DNA from: Trichinella spiralis
Taxonomy: Eukaryota
NCBI RefSeq assembly: GCF_000181795.1
Contig: NW_003526941.1
Coordinates: 8,257,714-8,321,713, forward strand
DNA: 64,000 bases
Direction: 5' to 3'
Part shown: piece by piece, positions 12,004 to 25,889 of the stretch
Numbering within the stretch: position 1 is the stretch's first letter
Layout of the letters: each line of letters opens with the position of its first letter
The notes under the pieces: generated by a model
The model's database searches: none
Told to the model about the DNA's origin: nothing
What the model saw: only the letters and a program-made list of their open reading frames with translations
Translations under genes and position numbers: made by a program

Positions 12004-13618
12004 CTGTTTGTTTGTATTACATTGTACATTTATTACAAAAAAACTTTGTGAAAAATAAAATGTTTCATTAATAAAGAATTGTTGTTGTTGCATTGTTCTT
12101 GGTTTATATTAAAAGAAATAAAAAAATTTTTTTCTTACTTTTAAATACATTATTAATTTACATGTGCCACGTGCATTATTTCATTTTCCCCCATTTTAAC
12201 TGTTTAAACTATTTAATGTTGCTGGCTGGCAACTACTATTGGCAAACATGATTCCCCTATCAACTAATCCTACATGATCATCATCGTTATGAATTAACGC
12301 AGCATTGGCCTTTTGTTACGTCTGTGAACATGGTAACATATTTTATTCATTGTGTCTTTGTAATGAAGAAAGAACCTTTCACACTCAACTTCGGCAAATC
12401 GCATCTTCTCCAACGTGTCGATACTTACCTCAGTTGACCAACGAACGCAATTGACCAACGAACGATTCGATCCAACCTACCGACCATCCGTTCCCTCGCT
12501 CGTGGCTTGCTCCACTTTTCTTCTTTCTTCTCCATGTGCATTACGGTTTATTACGTGTTTACGTATTTGTATGCAATGCTTTCCATGTGTCAGAGTTTTT
12601 ACAAAGTTAAAGTGAAAGTAAAAGAATCAGAGAAAAAATATTTGGAGAAATAAATTGAAAAAAATAATAAAATGTACAATATAAGAAGAAAAGAAGTGAA
12701 AATAAAAAAGAATCAAAAGAAATAATGGGAAAAATAAAAAAATCAGTAAAATATATAAAGTTTGAATGAATGAGAAAAACTTTAAAAAATAAAAAGAACT
12801 TGGTTCGGAAACTGTTCAAAATCAAACTATGCAAGAGAAGAAAAATAAAGATTACAAAATAAACAAAAATCAAAATTATTTCGACACAGGAAAGTAATTG
12901 CATACGTAAATTTTGCAGCGTGAAAGACCAAATACTGCATTAACTCAAAACTCAGCCACGTAGGTTTGTCGTTAACTCAATTAAACTATGGGATAACTTC
13001 GCCCTTTCGAAGTATCCCAAACCGAGACTTATAGAATGGGGGACCCACGGGAGAACCGCATGTCTTTTCTTGTTCTGCTTCGTGAGTTCCGCAATATGCT
13101 TCGTGTCGCCTGCGTTTTCACTTTTTCTTCTCTTCAAAGGTCATATCTGTAAAAGTGTTTAGTATTAAATGAACAATATTCACCTTCATCACGTTGTAAA
13201 AGAAACAGAAAATTGAATTTTCAAATATAATAATTAACTGGTTTTTAATTAAAAGGCAGCATTTACACAATGAGTATACAAATGTTTTGAAGAAAAGTAA
13301 CACAAGTGGAAAGAAGGAGGAATTACTTTTCGACAATTTAAAATCGACTTCAGCAACTATTCAGCGTCATGTACTCAGAGAACATTTTACAACGCTACCA
13401 CTTGCCACGTAAGTCAAACGAACGAGTGCGCCCTTACTGACGATAAGGCACCTTTTATGGCGATCGTTATTTGCATAGCGCAGCGCTGGAAACCGGTTTT
13501 TGTGCATTGGAACTTCTTACTCAGGATAAACTCTAACCTATGCCGCGATGCAATATGAACAGAAGAAACGCAGTGTTCAATTCTACGAATAAGGAATGGA
13601 CTATTTGANNNNNNNNNN

Positions 13619-14399
13619 TGCACATGCTGGGTTGAAGTACTAAAAATTGTGTATCACGGTTGTCATTTTAAAAAGTGTGGAACCGGCAACATTGTTATCT
13701 TATATGCATGGACAAAATACAGAATCTAATTATTAAAAATTTTTAGATTTTGCCCCCTCAAACTTTACATCGTGCACTAATTCACATTCATTTACTGATT
13801 CCAATAAAAAATATTCTGCGACCGTTTGAAAAAACATCATCAATTTTTCAAAAATAGCAAAAGTTGCTGCAACTGAAAATTCAGATATCGAAGAAGGATC
13901 ATTTTTGTAGAATTCACTTGACTGAATTAAATTTACTGAACATGGTGAGACCTGACGGCACAATTCCTCCTAGTGAGCTTGTCAAAGAGTAAGGAAGCCT
14001 GCCTGCTCAAAGAGTAAGGTAGAGTTTGCACTCTCCCTTGTCTAAGGAAAGGGAGCTTCCCGCTCCATGATGGGGCCCACTTTTGGTCTCTCCATCCTCA
14101 CCTGCTTTAAATATTTCAAGTCCACTCCCGCATGTTTGCCATTTCGCAGAACTCCTTTATGCCCACCTTTTATCCTGTTTGTTTGTATTAACATTTGTAC
14201 ATTTTATTACCAAAAAAAACTTTGTGAAAAAAAAAAATGTTTTCCATTAAATAAAGAAATTGTTGTTTGTTGGCATTTGTTTCCTTGGGTTTAATATTTA
14301 AAAAAAAATAAAAAAAAATTTTTTTTCCTTACCTTTTAAAATAAATTTATTAAATTTTACATGGTGGCCCCCGTGGCATAAATTTCCTTTTTTCCCCCC
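13619..14399 (+). other. Copy of 11447-~12192 between two N gaps (probable assembly redundancy)
   Basis: Identical at the start, then progressively degraded with homopolymer errors towards the large gap. Confidence 0.85.
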
Positions 14400-14966
14400 N
14401 NNNNNNNNNNNNNNNNNNNNNNNNNNNNNNNNNNNNNNNNNNNNNNNNNNNNNNNNNNNNNNNNNNNNNNNNNNNNNNNNNNNNNNNNNNNNNNNNNNNN
14501 NNNNNNNNNNNNNNNNNNNNNNNNNNNNNNNNNNNNNNNNNNNNNNNNNNNNNNNNNNNNNNNNNNNNNNNNNNNNNNNNNNNNNNNNNNNNNNNNNNNN
14601 NNNNNNNNNNNNNNNNNNNNNNNNNNNNNNNNNNNNNNNNNNNNNNNNNNNNNNNNNNNNNNNNNNNNNNNNNNNNNNNNNNNNNNNNNNNNNNNNNNNN
14701 NNNNNNNNNNNNNNNNNNNNNNNNNNNNNNNNNNNNNNNNNNNNNNNNNNNNNNNNNNNNNNNNNNNNNNNNNNNNNNNNNNNNNNNNNNNNNNNNNNNN
14801 NNNNNNNNNNNNNNNNNNNNNNNNNNNNNNNNNNNNNNNNNNNNNNNNNNNNNNNNNNNNNNNNNNNNNNNNNNNNNNNNNNNNNNNNNNNNNNNNNNNN
14901 NNNNNNNNNNNNNNNNNNNNNNNNNNNNNNNNNNNNNNNNNNNNNNNNNNNNNNNNNNNNNNNNNN
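14400..14966. other. Assembly gap
   Basis: Run of N. Confidence 1.
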
Positions 14967-15859
14967 ACGTATATCTGAAAATTTTCTTAAGTCAGAAAAG
15001 CAAGTAGTTAAAATGGAGATAATTTCATATGAGCAACTTTCTGGCAAAAGCTTGTTTATAGTTAGTTGAACGTACATGTTAGCTATTGAAAATTATTATT
15101 CTATTTCGAAAGACTATATTCTAATAATAGATAAACAATGTGTACAGGGTGTTATTTAATGAAACTTAATTGTACGGAAATTTTATGCTCATTAAGTCAC
15201 TTATCATCTCATATTGAGAAATCATAGAGAATATACTGAGAATTTGTTCTATATTGCTATGTGATTACGACTTAAAAACGAAAAAACTGCCACTTACTGC
15301 CAAATGCGTCATCTTCTCTTTGTTAATGTTCATGCTCTTTTGATGTTGTTTGAAAAATTATTTTTCAGAAATTTTTCCAAAAAATAATAATGAAAATAAA
15401 AAGCACATCTAGTGTTTGGCGTTCAAAGTTGGTCTTCAGTCGATTTTCCAAACAAAACGCAGTGCTTCCATCCACGGACGACGTAAAACTAAAATTATTT
15501 CCAATATGTCAATAATGGAAAGGAAATCGCATGCAAATTTTTATTTTATTCATTTCTCCTGATAAATATCACTAGCCCACTGTTTTCATTGCGTTTTATT
15601 TACTTAAGTAATGCACTGCGTTTGAGAGAAAATTTAATTGTAACCGTGTCAAACGTAAAAGCAATTCTCATTGCGGAAACAATAATTTCATCTTTATTAC
15701 TAAGTATAATTTAAATACTAAAAACAATGGAAGAAAAAAGAAATGCATCCTCATTTTATATTAAATAGTGGCTTGTTATAAGAAGAGAGATAAAGTATTA
15801 ATTTGTAGAAGCAATTCAAACAAATTGAAAAATTAAACAATCAATGGCAGTTATTTGAA

Positions 15860-16580
15860 AATTCAAAAATGACCTTTATTTTTGAAATTCAGTCAAAATA
15901 TACACTAACTGACAGAGAACACCATAACAAAAACATTGACTTAGTCAAAACACGCCTCCGCATTTCTGGATTGAGATTTGAAATTCAAAACTGTCCTACA
16001 TAAATGGAACTCACAGCAATTGCTTTTCACCAAATTATAAGCAGTCAAATTGCGCCAGCTGACAAACAAAATTAACTAGAACAAAAATACAATTTAACAA
16101 ATGCCTTTTATGATGTAACAATTAAAATAATAATGTCCAGCCGTAATATAAATTTAATAACATTCTCCGAAACAAAAATCGGGAATTTTGCTGTCCATGC
16201 ATTAATGATANNNNNNNNNNGGCGGTAATTGACTATTTCAAGAATGACCTTAATTCTGATAGTCAGTCAAAGTATCAGCTATCTGACAGAGAACACCATA
16301 ACAAAAACATTGACTTAGTCAAAACACGCCTCCGCATTTCTGGATTTGAGATTTGAAAATTCAAAAATGTCCTACATAAATGGAACTCACAGCAAATTGC
16401 TTTTCACCAAAATATAAGCAGTCAAATTGCGCGAGCTGACAAACAAAATTAACTAGACGAAAAATACAATTTAACAAATGTCTTTGATGATGTACAATTA
16501 AAATAATAATGTACAGCGGTAATATAATTTAATAATTCTCTGAATGAAGATCGGTAGTTTGCTGTCATGCATTAATGATA
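15860..16580 (+). other. Gap-flanking duplication (15860-16210 vs 16221-16580)
   Basis: The same ~350 bp lies on both sides of a 10-N gap with indel-type differences, consistent with unmerged contig ends. Confidence 0.8.
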
Positions 16581-19500
16581 TTCTACTTGTTCTGTTCGGA
16601 ATAAAATTCAACGCTATACTTAAGTGAAAATTGAAAAATTGAACACATTCTACCGTTAGTTCTAGACGGCTACGCAAAATAATAAATTGAAATATTAATT
16701 TTTTTCAAATCCTTCAAGGTTTTATTATATTTGTTTCAAAATTCTGCATGAAAAGATTATATCAATTGTCGTGCATATTTGCATATTCAAATTAAAACCT
16801 AAATGAATACTTGGATATACACCATGGTCCATGCAGAAGATGAGAAAAGTAAGTTTTAAAATTAAATTTTTACCTGCATACAGTTTTTTTCACGTGCCCT
16901 TTAATTACGCACCGTCATTGTTAATCGCTGAAATGAAATATATTATTTTAACCATCGATAAAACGTTTGCTTTTCTCTGATTGGTCCGTTACTTTGTAAT
17001 GTTTTTATTGGTGATGTGGCAATTAATTTACTGCATAAAATTCACTAATTTACCGTAATCTAAATCTCTTATTAGACATTCACGTTAGCAAGGAAAACAG
17101 AACGCGCTCTGTTACTGATAACCCTGGCGTTTGAAGCTAAACTGATTTGCATAATTGAAAAACAACCCCCACTCAGTGTTATGCAACCTAACCCATCTAG
17201 ATTAAAATTGCAAGCTAAATTTACAGTATATTTTCAACATATTTACAATCGTGTCTCAATGTTAATAATATTACAAAATATTTAAAAATGAATATGCGTA
17301 CTATGTAATGTGAAAAGTAGAAATATTTTTTTAATTTAAAATTTTTTTCACCAAGTACCAAATATCAACGAGTGAGTGCTGGTGGATGCATTGAAAGATG
17401 CCGCCGAAGCGAATGCTTCCCGTGCCCAGTTTGTTTCACCTCTGCTTCCCAATCTGATGAATTGGTTGTAAATTGCATGATAATTTGGATTTATATCACA
17501 GTTCCAGTGAAAGTCAACCAAATGACTGACAACGTACATGACTCGACAATTATATGTTGATAGTCTATTGTAATTTAACCATTGTGTAAAATTTACAAGT
17601 TCTTCATTTTTTAAGTTCTCGCGCCTTGAACAATGCTCCTATTTTTATATGAAAGAAAATCAAATATGAATATTTATTAAGTTCAAAATGCGAACTTATT
17701 TCTACATTTACTGTGAAATTTGCTTGAAGCTCAATTCCATTGCACATACCGTACATATTACGTGCTTATATTTTATCATTTTATACCCATCCATTTTTAT
17801 TAAAGAAAAGTAACTTAAGTTATAGAAGTGATATTGACTCTGGTGACGTAAAAGCTAATGAAATGCGCCCCATTGTTGTCCTTCTTCGCATAATAGATCC
17901 ATTTCTTTTTTTTTCCTTTGAATTTCTTTTCAAGTAGTACATCTTAAGCTGAAACAGTTAAATTCATTAACAAAACTTCTATCAGAAAAATATTGAACAA
18001 CGAACACAGTAAAAGCTGCTGAAAGCAGCAGAAGCGACTCGTACGACAGTGAATGCATATGCATTCATCTATGCTTTTATACTTTTCCTTCAGCAGAAAA
18101 TCACTCTTTCTGAAAATGATTATGATAAAAGCCACGTACTCTTCATCAGTGAACAGTATGCAAATTTTTACATAGTCTTTTATTCACCATTTTCTCTATT
18201 CCTCATTTATAGATTTTATTCTACAGTACCAAATGATGTTTAAGGTTAGATGTGTGACATTTGTTGGACCTGGTTTTGCTACATTAGTGTAGCAAAAATG
18301 TATTTGTTATATGTCTGATCTTGTATTGTTTTGTTTATTCCTTTAATTTTTTGATTTAAGAAATTTTATAATTTAGTGGTACTTGCGAATCAACTTTGTC
18401 ACAGCAAGGTTACGCTTGCAAGAACAGCTGCGCTTCCGGCTGAATACTGAAATATGCTTTCAGCTAACGTCACTGAAATAAGTAAACAAATAGTGGCTTT
18501 AGTTAAGTTTGGTTCACAGTGTGCTTTGCTTTCGTCTGTTTTTCCAAAGTGATTTTTTTAATTAATCAAGCTCTGCAATGAAAGACAAGGATGATTTGAA
18601 CATGGAGTAAGTGCCAGAATAGTAATTTAGTTGTAACACATTCGCCATATTTATATTGTTTGAAATATTATTTTAAAGCATTATGTGATTGTTTCAGTTG
18701 TTGGTTTTTGGTCAGTGTCATTGAGTGATTAAAATGTTTCTATGATTTCTCGTTGCCTTAGTCGTCGTTGTCATTGATTTATTTCTGTTATACTATTAGC
18801 TCTCAGATGTCTCTTGCAATATGGCAGTTTTGCAGTGCTTGAGGTTTCAGATTGCTTTGTTAGCAATATTTCATCCTATTATGCTTCACAAACGTCAAAA
18901 AAATTCTGTCATTCATTTGAAATGCATGTACTTGGCGTTTTCGAAGTCGTGAAGTTGTTTGAATTTCTATCAAGTGCACTTTTCTTTTTATTATTTAGTG
19001 GTTTGTTTTGTCAGCATTATTTAAGTTGACGTATTTGGAATTTTGTTTTAAATAAAAATGTTTGAAATCTTGAAATTGTTATTCAGGTTGAATTTTCAAA
19101 TTTGTCTTTCTTGATATAAATTTTTGAATAATTGGTAATGAATGCAATTTTTATCTGAACAGCTGTTTTCTTTGTTGAACATTGTCCAGTTTTTCAGTGT
19201 ATTTTTTGCATATAATTTCATTTGATGTGTAAATTTCAGTTCTTCAGTAGTTGGTTTTATTTTAATTCCAATTATATTATTTAAAGAAATAAAAATTGGT
19301 TTATAATTAAAATATTTATTTTATAATTGTTTTGTTGATTCAGTGACGTTGTAATTTTGCCTGATGCTAAATTTCTGAATGATGACAAATTTTGAAAAAG
19401 CAGTTGCATGAATTTAGGGACTAGTTTTTTCTGTTTGTTAACGGTTTGTCTGGATTTTGCTTGCTTTCATTTTATAATAATAATAATAATAATAATAGTA

Positions 19501-19684
19501 ATAATGCTGCCGATGTTGCAGTTGAACAAACCACGTTAGCAGGCAGATGTTTGACATTACTATAGCATGAATTAGTTCATGAGTGTTTTTAATTGATAGA
19601 CGGCATGTGAAGTGTGTTCATTTGGCAGATGCATTCTGTTTGAAATTTCAAAATTTTCCTTTCTCTAATTTCAGTTGTACACCC

Positions 19685-21215
19685 ATGCTTTCGAATATTC
19701 TCTGCTTTGGTTGTGGTGAAGGTTTCGCATTGAATGAACAAATTGTCAACTGCGAAAAAGAAGTCTGGCATCAACGATGCTTTGTGTAATTTTATTTTAT
19801 TTTATTTTTAATTTTAAGCAGTCATTGTTATATAAAACAATTGTGCATTGTAGCTGTGCGCAGTGCTTTCGACCATTTCCAGATGGAATATTTTTCGAAT
19901 TCGAGAGTCGAAAATATTGTGAACATGATTTTCATGTACTTTACGCGCCATATTGTGCCAAGTGTGGTGAGTTTAATTATGTTTTATATGTGATTATTGA
20001 AAATATACATTTTAAAATTAATTTAAGGAAATTTCATCGATGGTCGAGTAATAAAAGCAATGAATTGCAACTGGCATCCGCAGTGCTTTCGATGTCACAC
20101 GTGCAATTTGGAGTTGGCTGACATTGGTTTCTTGAGGAATGCTGGCAGAGCGCTTTGCCGTGAATGCAATTTGAAAGAAAAAGAATCAGGCACTGGAAAA
20201 TATGTATGTCATAAATGCCGCGGAGTTATAGACGAAGGTCATATAAAGTTTCGTGGAGAAGTTTATCATCCATACCATTTTACATGCAATCGTTGTGGGT
20301 GAGTTGTCAGTGAAATTTATGAAATCTTTCTTCGTAGGTTAATTTCAAATTTTCATAAAAATGTTTTCCACTTCATTGTATTTTTAAATATGATTTTGTT
20401 TCCTTTTTAGCCTGTTTTTTTGATTATTGTAAAATTTTGCATGAAGATCAATTATTTATTTGAATGTCATTTTATAATATATAGAAAAAATATGTTGTTA
20501 TCATTGTTTTATTATGGTAAGAATTTATTTTTAGCAACGAATTGACATCAGATGCAAGGGAAGTGAAAGGAAATTTGTATTGTTTGCGATGTCACGACAT
20601 AATGGGAATCCCAATATGTGGTGCTTGTCGACGACCGATTGAAGATCGAGTTATTACAGCATTAGGAAAGCACTGGCATGTTGAAGTAGTTTCATTTTGT
20701 ATTTACTAACCGATAACATTGTAAATATTATTATTGAAAAAATTATTTTAGCATTTTGTATGCGCCAAATGTGAAAAGCCATTCCTCGGTTCTAGGCATT
20801 ATGAAAAACGCGGTTTAGCCTATTGTGAAACTCATTTTCACAAAGTATTTAACTGTTTATATTTGTTTCACTGAGTTCTTTTTTATTTTCTCAATTTCTT
20901 TTTTTTTATTTAGTTATTTGGAAATGTCTGCTTCAAATGTGGCCATGTGATTACAGCTGATGCTTTTCAAGCTTTGCGTAAAGCGTGGTGTGTGAAATGC
21001 TTTGCTTGCAGTTTATGCGACAAAAAGCTGGATGAGAAGTAAGCAGTATATAATGATTTGTGATATATAAGTAATATATTCATTTTTTAAGGACAAAGTT
21101 TTACGAACTTGACATGAAGCCTGTATGTAAAAGATGTTATGATCGTCTTCCGGATGATATGAAAAAACGATTGCGGTTTCACCAGAAAAATCAAAATCAG
21201 AAAGAAATTCAATAG
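19685..21215 (+). CDS. unc-97: PINCH/LIMS five-LIM-domain adaptor (7 coding exons)
   Basis: [100 protein letters not shown] introns, TAG at 21213. An upstream exon is not excluded. Confidence 0.95.
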
Positions 21216-21920
21216 AAAGAAGCAATGCTTGCTTTTATGACAATTTTCTATTTAAATTTTGTAGTCGACATTTTTGCAGTTTTCTTTTTGAAGAAGCTAC
21301 TTGCTCAATTTCTTTGGTGATAGAATTTGCAAATCTTTATTTTAAAATTTAGTTTATGAAACTGAAACTTTTTGTATATTGATAGTTTGTTCCATTTTTT
21401 GATGTTTAGCTGTAATTTGAAATTTTTTTATTCAGCAATAAAAGAAATTGATATTCGCAGTGAATTTTCTGAATGTTCTATGCAAATGAGCAAATTTATA
21501 CGTTTACATTTAGCTCTCAATCTATGTGAATATCAGTTTGATGTTTATATGTGTTGTCATCAGCTAATGTACATGCGTAAATGTCAACTTCATTTGTAAA
21601 AGATATTGCTTTTTTGAATTAATTTGAAGCTATGATATGATAAAAACAATCTGCACTTGTTAAGCATTAAATAATTTTTTAACATTATAGTTTTTGTATC
21701 TGCTGTATATATATGTATGCATTTTGAGTATATCAAGCATTGCGTCTAACGACTACAGTCATTAGAAATTACTCTTGATTTTCCTTAAATACTGTATTTT
21801 TGACTTCCACGAAGAATTATAAGCAGATTGAAAATTTATAATTATTATTTTATTTCAAACTGATTTGTATCATTAATTAATTTACATTACATTTAATTTA
21901 CGCAAATTTAGCTTCTCAAA

Positions 21921-22930
21921 ATGAGCAGTGAAGAAACTTTGGAAAAAATGGATGTTGAAAAACCGGTTGAAGCACCGAAAAAAATGAAATCAAAAATAAG
22001 GAAGAAAAAGAAGAAGCAGCGGTATGAATTCTATTAGGAAAGAACATTTAAAGTTGCTTCGATAATGTACAAAACTTTATTTTTCACTTCTTTGTCCATG
22101 TCATTAGTTATTGTTTATTTTGCTCGTACGTATTTATAATCTCTCATCCTCTTATTTCATGATATAACTAATGTGCGATTCATAAATTTATCCAGTGTAT
22201 TAAACATACTGAGCATTGAAATAATGCTGTGAATACTATTTTGTATATAAAAATAGAAGTAATCCTTATGATTTGTTTCCGTCGAAATTGTCGAATCATT
22301 TTAATTTGCGCTTGTTCTGGTTTGAAAATTACTTGCTTTCTGATTTTTATTCTCTTTCAAATGTCCCGTTAAGTACTGCATAAAATATTGTTGTGAAATT
22401 TACAATTTCAAAAATTCAGGCTTTACGTCAGAGCAATATTTACTGGATACCGTCGATCCCAGCGCAACCAACGAGAGCATACTGCTCTTTTGAAACTTGA
22501 AAATGTGTACAACAATAAAGACGCGAGATTCTACGTTGGAAAGAAGTGTGCATACGTATATAAAGGAAAAAAGTAAGTTATTCTGTATAAGTTAAAATTT
22601 TCTTCTTCTTGATGAAACTGTTGAAATTTATTTTAAATGTTTATTTCGCCAAGTATTTGTAAGCTTGCGTGTGTTTTATTTATATTAAAATTGTTATTCA
22701 GCAAGAGGAAAATCCCTGGTAGGAAGAAATGGACTAAAGCTCGTGCTATTTGGGGAAAGGTAACCAGACCACACGGTTCTTCCGGCATGGTGCGGGCGAA
22801 GTTTAAGAGAAATCTTCCGCCGCAGGCTATGGGGAATCGTATTCGAGTGGTAATTTATCATGAATAGATAAATGAAGGTTCAGCTTTTCTAATGTGGCTG
22901 ATTTAGATGCTTTATCCGTCGAATATTTGA
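21921..22930 (+). CDS. RPL35A: 60S ribosomal protein L35a (eL33), 4 exons
   Basis: [71 protein letters not shown]. Confidence 0.97.
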
Positions 22931-23476
22931 AAGTTGGAGAATGCTTATGAAATCTTATTGATTGGTACTGAATAAAATTTAAAGAAAAGCTTGCTTGTAT
23001 TGTCAGGTTGTGCTTTATTTATTAATTTTTTTCCAAGTTGCAATTAGATGGGGAATGAATGCTGTGCCATAGATTGAATTGATGGTGAGTGATATTTGTT
23101 TGAATTTATTTAACGGTTGATTTGTGAAGAACAAACGTAATGAAAGTTCGTCATGTCTGTGATTATCATTAAGCACGAAAGTACAATACATGTAGCGTGG
23201 GTAAAAAGGCACCGACGCCTGTTGCGCTGGTGCGGTGCTGCGGCAAGCTTGATGTCGGCTTGTTTGAAGCTTAATTTGTTGATCAATACAGTAAATACTC
23301 GACTGATTCGGGTCACTTGTTGCTTTTTAATACTGGACGCCGCCGAGTAGGTGGGCGTGGGTTTGGCTACTGTACTGGTGTTGTTGGTTGTATGAGCGTC
23401 GGATCGATTCACATTTACAATAGAATATATCCAACGAAAAAGCGACTGACCACCATTCGCTGGCGGTCTCTTTTTA

Positions 23477-23495
23477 GCCGGTCACGTGACCCGGC
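23477..23495. promoter_or_regulatory. Palindromic E-box GTCACGTGAC with extended GCCG/CGGC flanks upstream of Hey
   Basis: gccg-gtcacgtgac-ccggc in a GC-enriched stretch ~150 bp before the ATG. Confidence 0.45.
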
Positions 23496-23634
23496 GATAC
23501 CAGCGACACCGCAGTCTTTCTTTGGTTACTGTCAACATGTCTGGTAGTGGTGGATCATCTTGATGTTGTTGTTCATCAAGCGTAGCCAACCTACGTTCGA
23601 TTGTTGAAAGAAAGGAAGAATCATACACGCTGCG

Positions 23635-25345
23635 ATGGGCGATCAGTTGGAATTAAGCGTCGCCTTCAACACTGGTGTCAGTGGTCAAGAAGATAACCGC
23701 CGCTCTCCTTGTAAATCTAACCTTGACGACATTGGTAATATATCAAATGAAGAATATGCAAAGTAAATTATTTTTTTTGTTAATTTTTTATCATATACTT
23801 TTATGTGCTGAAATGAATGATGTCAAGCTGAATTTGAATTTAGAACCCCATTCGATAATGACTTCGGCAATTCTACAGGTAATCGAAGAAGACGACGTGG
23901 GGTGAGTAATTCTTTTTTCTCTTTTTATATTAAAAAACACACTTTTTCACTGTTCAAATAATTATTTTTGTTTTCCAATAATTGTGGTACATTAAATTTC
24001 ATTCTTTTCGAAATACAATGCTAATAAGATGCAGAGAACTGATCTTCAGTGGTAAATCATATTGATCGCGATGTTAGAAGAGGTCAAATGATCGGTGGCC
24101 ATTGTTGTTGTAGATTGTCAAGAATGGAGCACTAGCTTAATCTTTTTTGCCGATGATGTAAATCGCAGATGTACACCAAAATGCTGTTGCATAATCATGT
24201 TGATTATTAATCAGAATTTGCCATGGGCTGTTAATCAGTGCCCTAGTATATTGTTAGATTATGCAGTCAGAAATGCACTTACTGCTTATGGTTTATATTC
24301 AATAAGTTTCATATTTTTCAATTAACATCGGTTTTATCTTATACAGTACAAAAATACATGAGCCTTGCTTATTATTATTAAATTTTTGATACTTTGATGT
24401 TTCACAGCATAGTTGGTGATAGTAACTCTCGTAAACTGTGGTTCGGTGTAAATGTAAAGTTTTTGTCAGAATATTTATGTGATGTTTTAAAATTTTCATT
24501 TCATCTTTTTTAATGAAATAATATGATGGTAGTTATGTAGTTGTAATCTGTCATTTGCTTTTCCTCATAGACGCGGTAATGTTAACAAAATGATTGTTTT
24601 GTTTGTTTTTTATGCATATCTTTTTAGATAATCCAATTTTTGATATTTAGATTATAGAAAAACGTCGACGGGATAAAATAAATAATTGTTTGGCTGAATT
24701 GCGACTTTTAGTGCCGGCTGCCATTGAAAAACAAGGAACGCAAAAGTTAGAAAAGGCAGAAATACTTCAGCTAACAGTTGAATATCTTCGATTACTTCAT
24801 TCTACGGGTTATTGTTTGTTTGTTTCTGCATAAGCTTTTCATGTAAATTTATTTATTTAGGCGTTGATAGTGCTGTTATGGAAAAACATAGATTCGCTGC
24901 CGATTATCACATGATGGGTTTCCGAGAATGCGCGAATGAGGTTGCTCGTTATTTGACATCTGTTGAAACGTTGGATATTCAAGACCCATTAAGAATTCGT
25001 TTGATCAATCATTTACAGTGTTATGGAGCTCAGTTGGCAAGCACGAAGAACAGTGAATTTCATAATCATAACAACGGCAGTAATGTTTACAGCAGTAATA
25101 ATAATAATAATCAGACATCAACTGCATTTCAATGGAGTGCACCACCAATGGCGAATGCTCCTTATGCATCAAATGGTTTCAGTTCAACTGATGTAAATTC
25201 ACTGAGTAAAGCATATAATAGTTTCACTGTTTTGCCCTCGAGCAACGCTTATCAGTCAATTGGCATTATACCTTCAACTGCCTTTCGGTCAGCAGCTACT
25301 GCTTACTCAGGAAAGAGTTGGTCTGCTGAAATTGGTGGCTATTAA
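23635..25345 (+). CDS. Hey: Hey-family bHLH-Orange repressor (exons ~23635-23762, 23844-23901, 24651-24807, 24861-25345)
   Basis: [52 protein letters not shown] has the basic-region glycine typical of Hey. Orange domain [25 protein letters not shown]-terminus [10 protein letters not shown]. Confidence 0.92.
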
Positions 25346-25889
25346 TTTTTCCAAATTCGAATCTTATCGATTTTAATTCTTTTTTCTGTTGTTGATATTA
25401 AGATTAAAATTAATATTTTATAGCTTTACACCTTCGTTTTGTTTTGTTTTGATAATGTAAATTTCACTGAACGTTGATATTTCACATCTTTTAACCAGTT
25501 TTGTATAATTCATGGTAGAATTTAAACGGACGCTTTACGCACAGAAAATCTGTCGAAAGCTTACAATTTCACAAACATCATTTTATTTTAATGTATGCAA
25601 CTTTAAATCACAAATAACTGGATCATAACGAAAGAAACATTTTCGTTTATATAAAAAAAAATCTGCTTCATTGTCAATATTCATACTGTAGTTTCAATAA
25701 TTCTCAAAAAATACTTTATTATATAGAAACAATTGTTGAAAGCTACGTGAAGTGTTGATAAACATTTATATCATAGTAAAACGACAAAAAACAAATAGGT
25801 ACGTATTAAAATTGCATAAATACCAAGTGTTGCAGTGATAGGCTTTCGTTGCTAGGACTGAATTTACCATTCATTCATTCATTATATAA

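Noticed and set aside
12415..13623. GC-richer patches, a 14-bp direct repeat (ttgaccaacgaacg) and short minus-strand ORFs
   Set aside because: No recognisable protein, RNA fold or element termini could be supported.
14298..15077. 259-aa ORF
   Set aside because: Mostly N gap.
15000..18250. Scattered exon-like segments on the minus strand
   Set aside because: Could not be joined into a continuous frame or matched to a family. Left unresolved.
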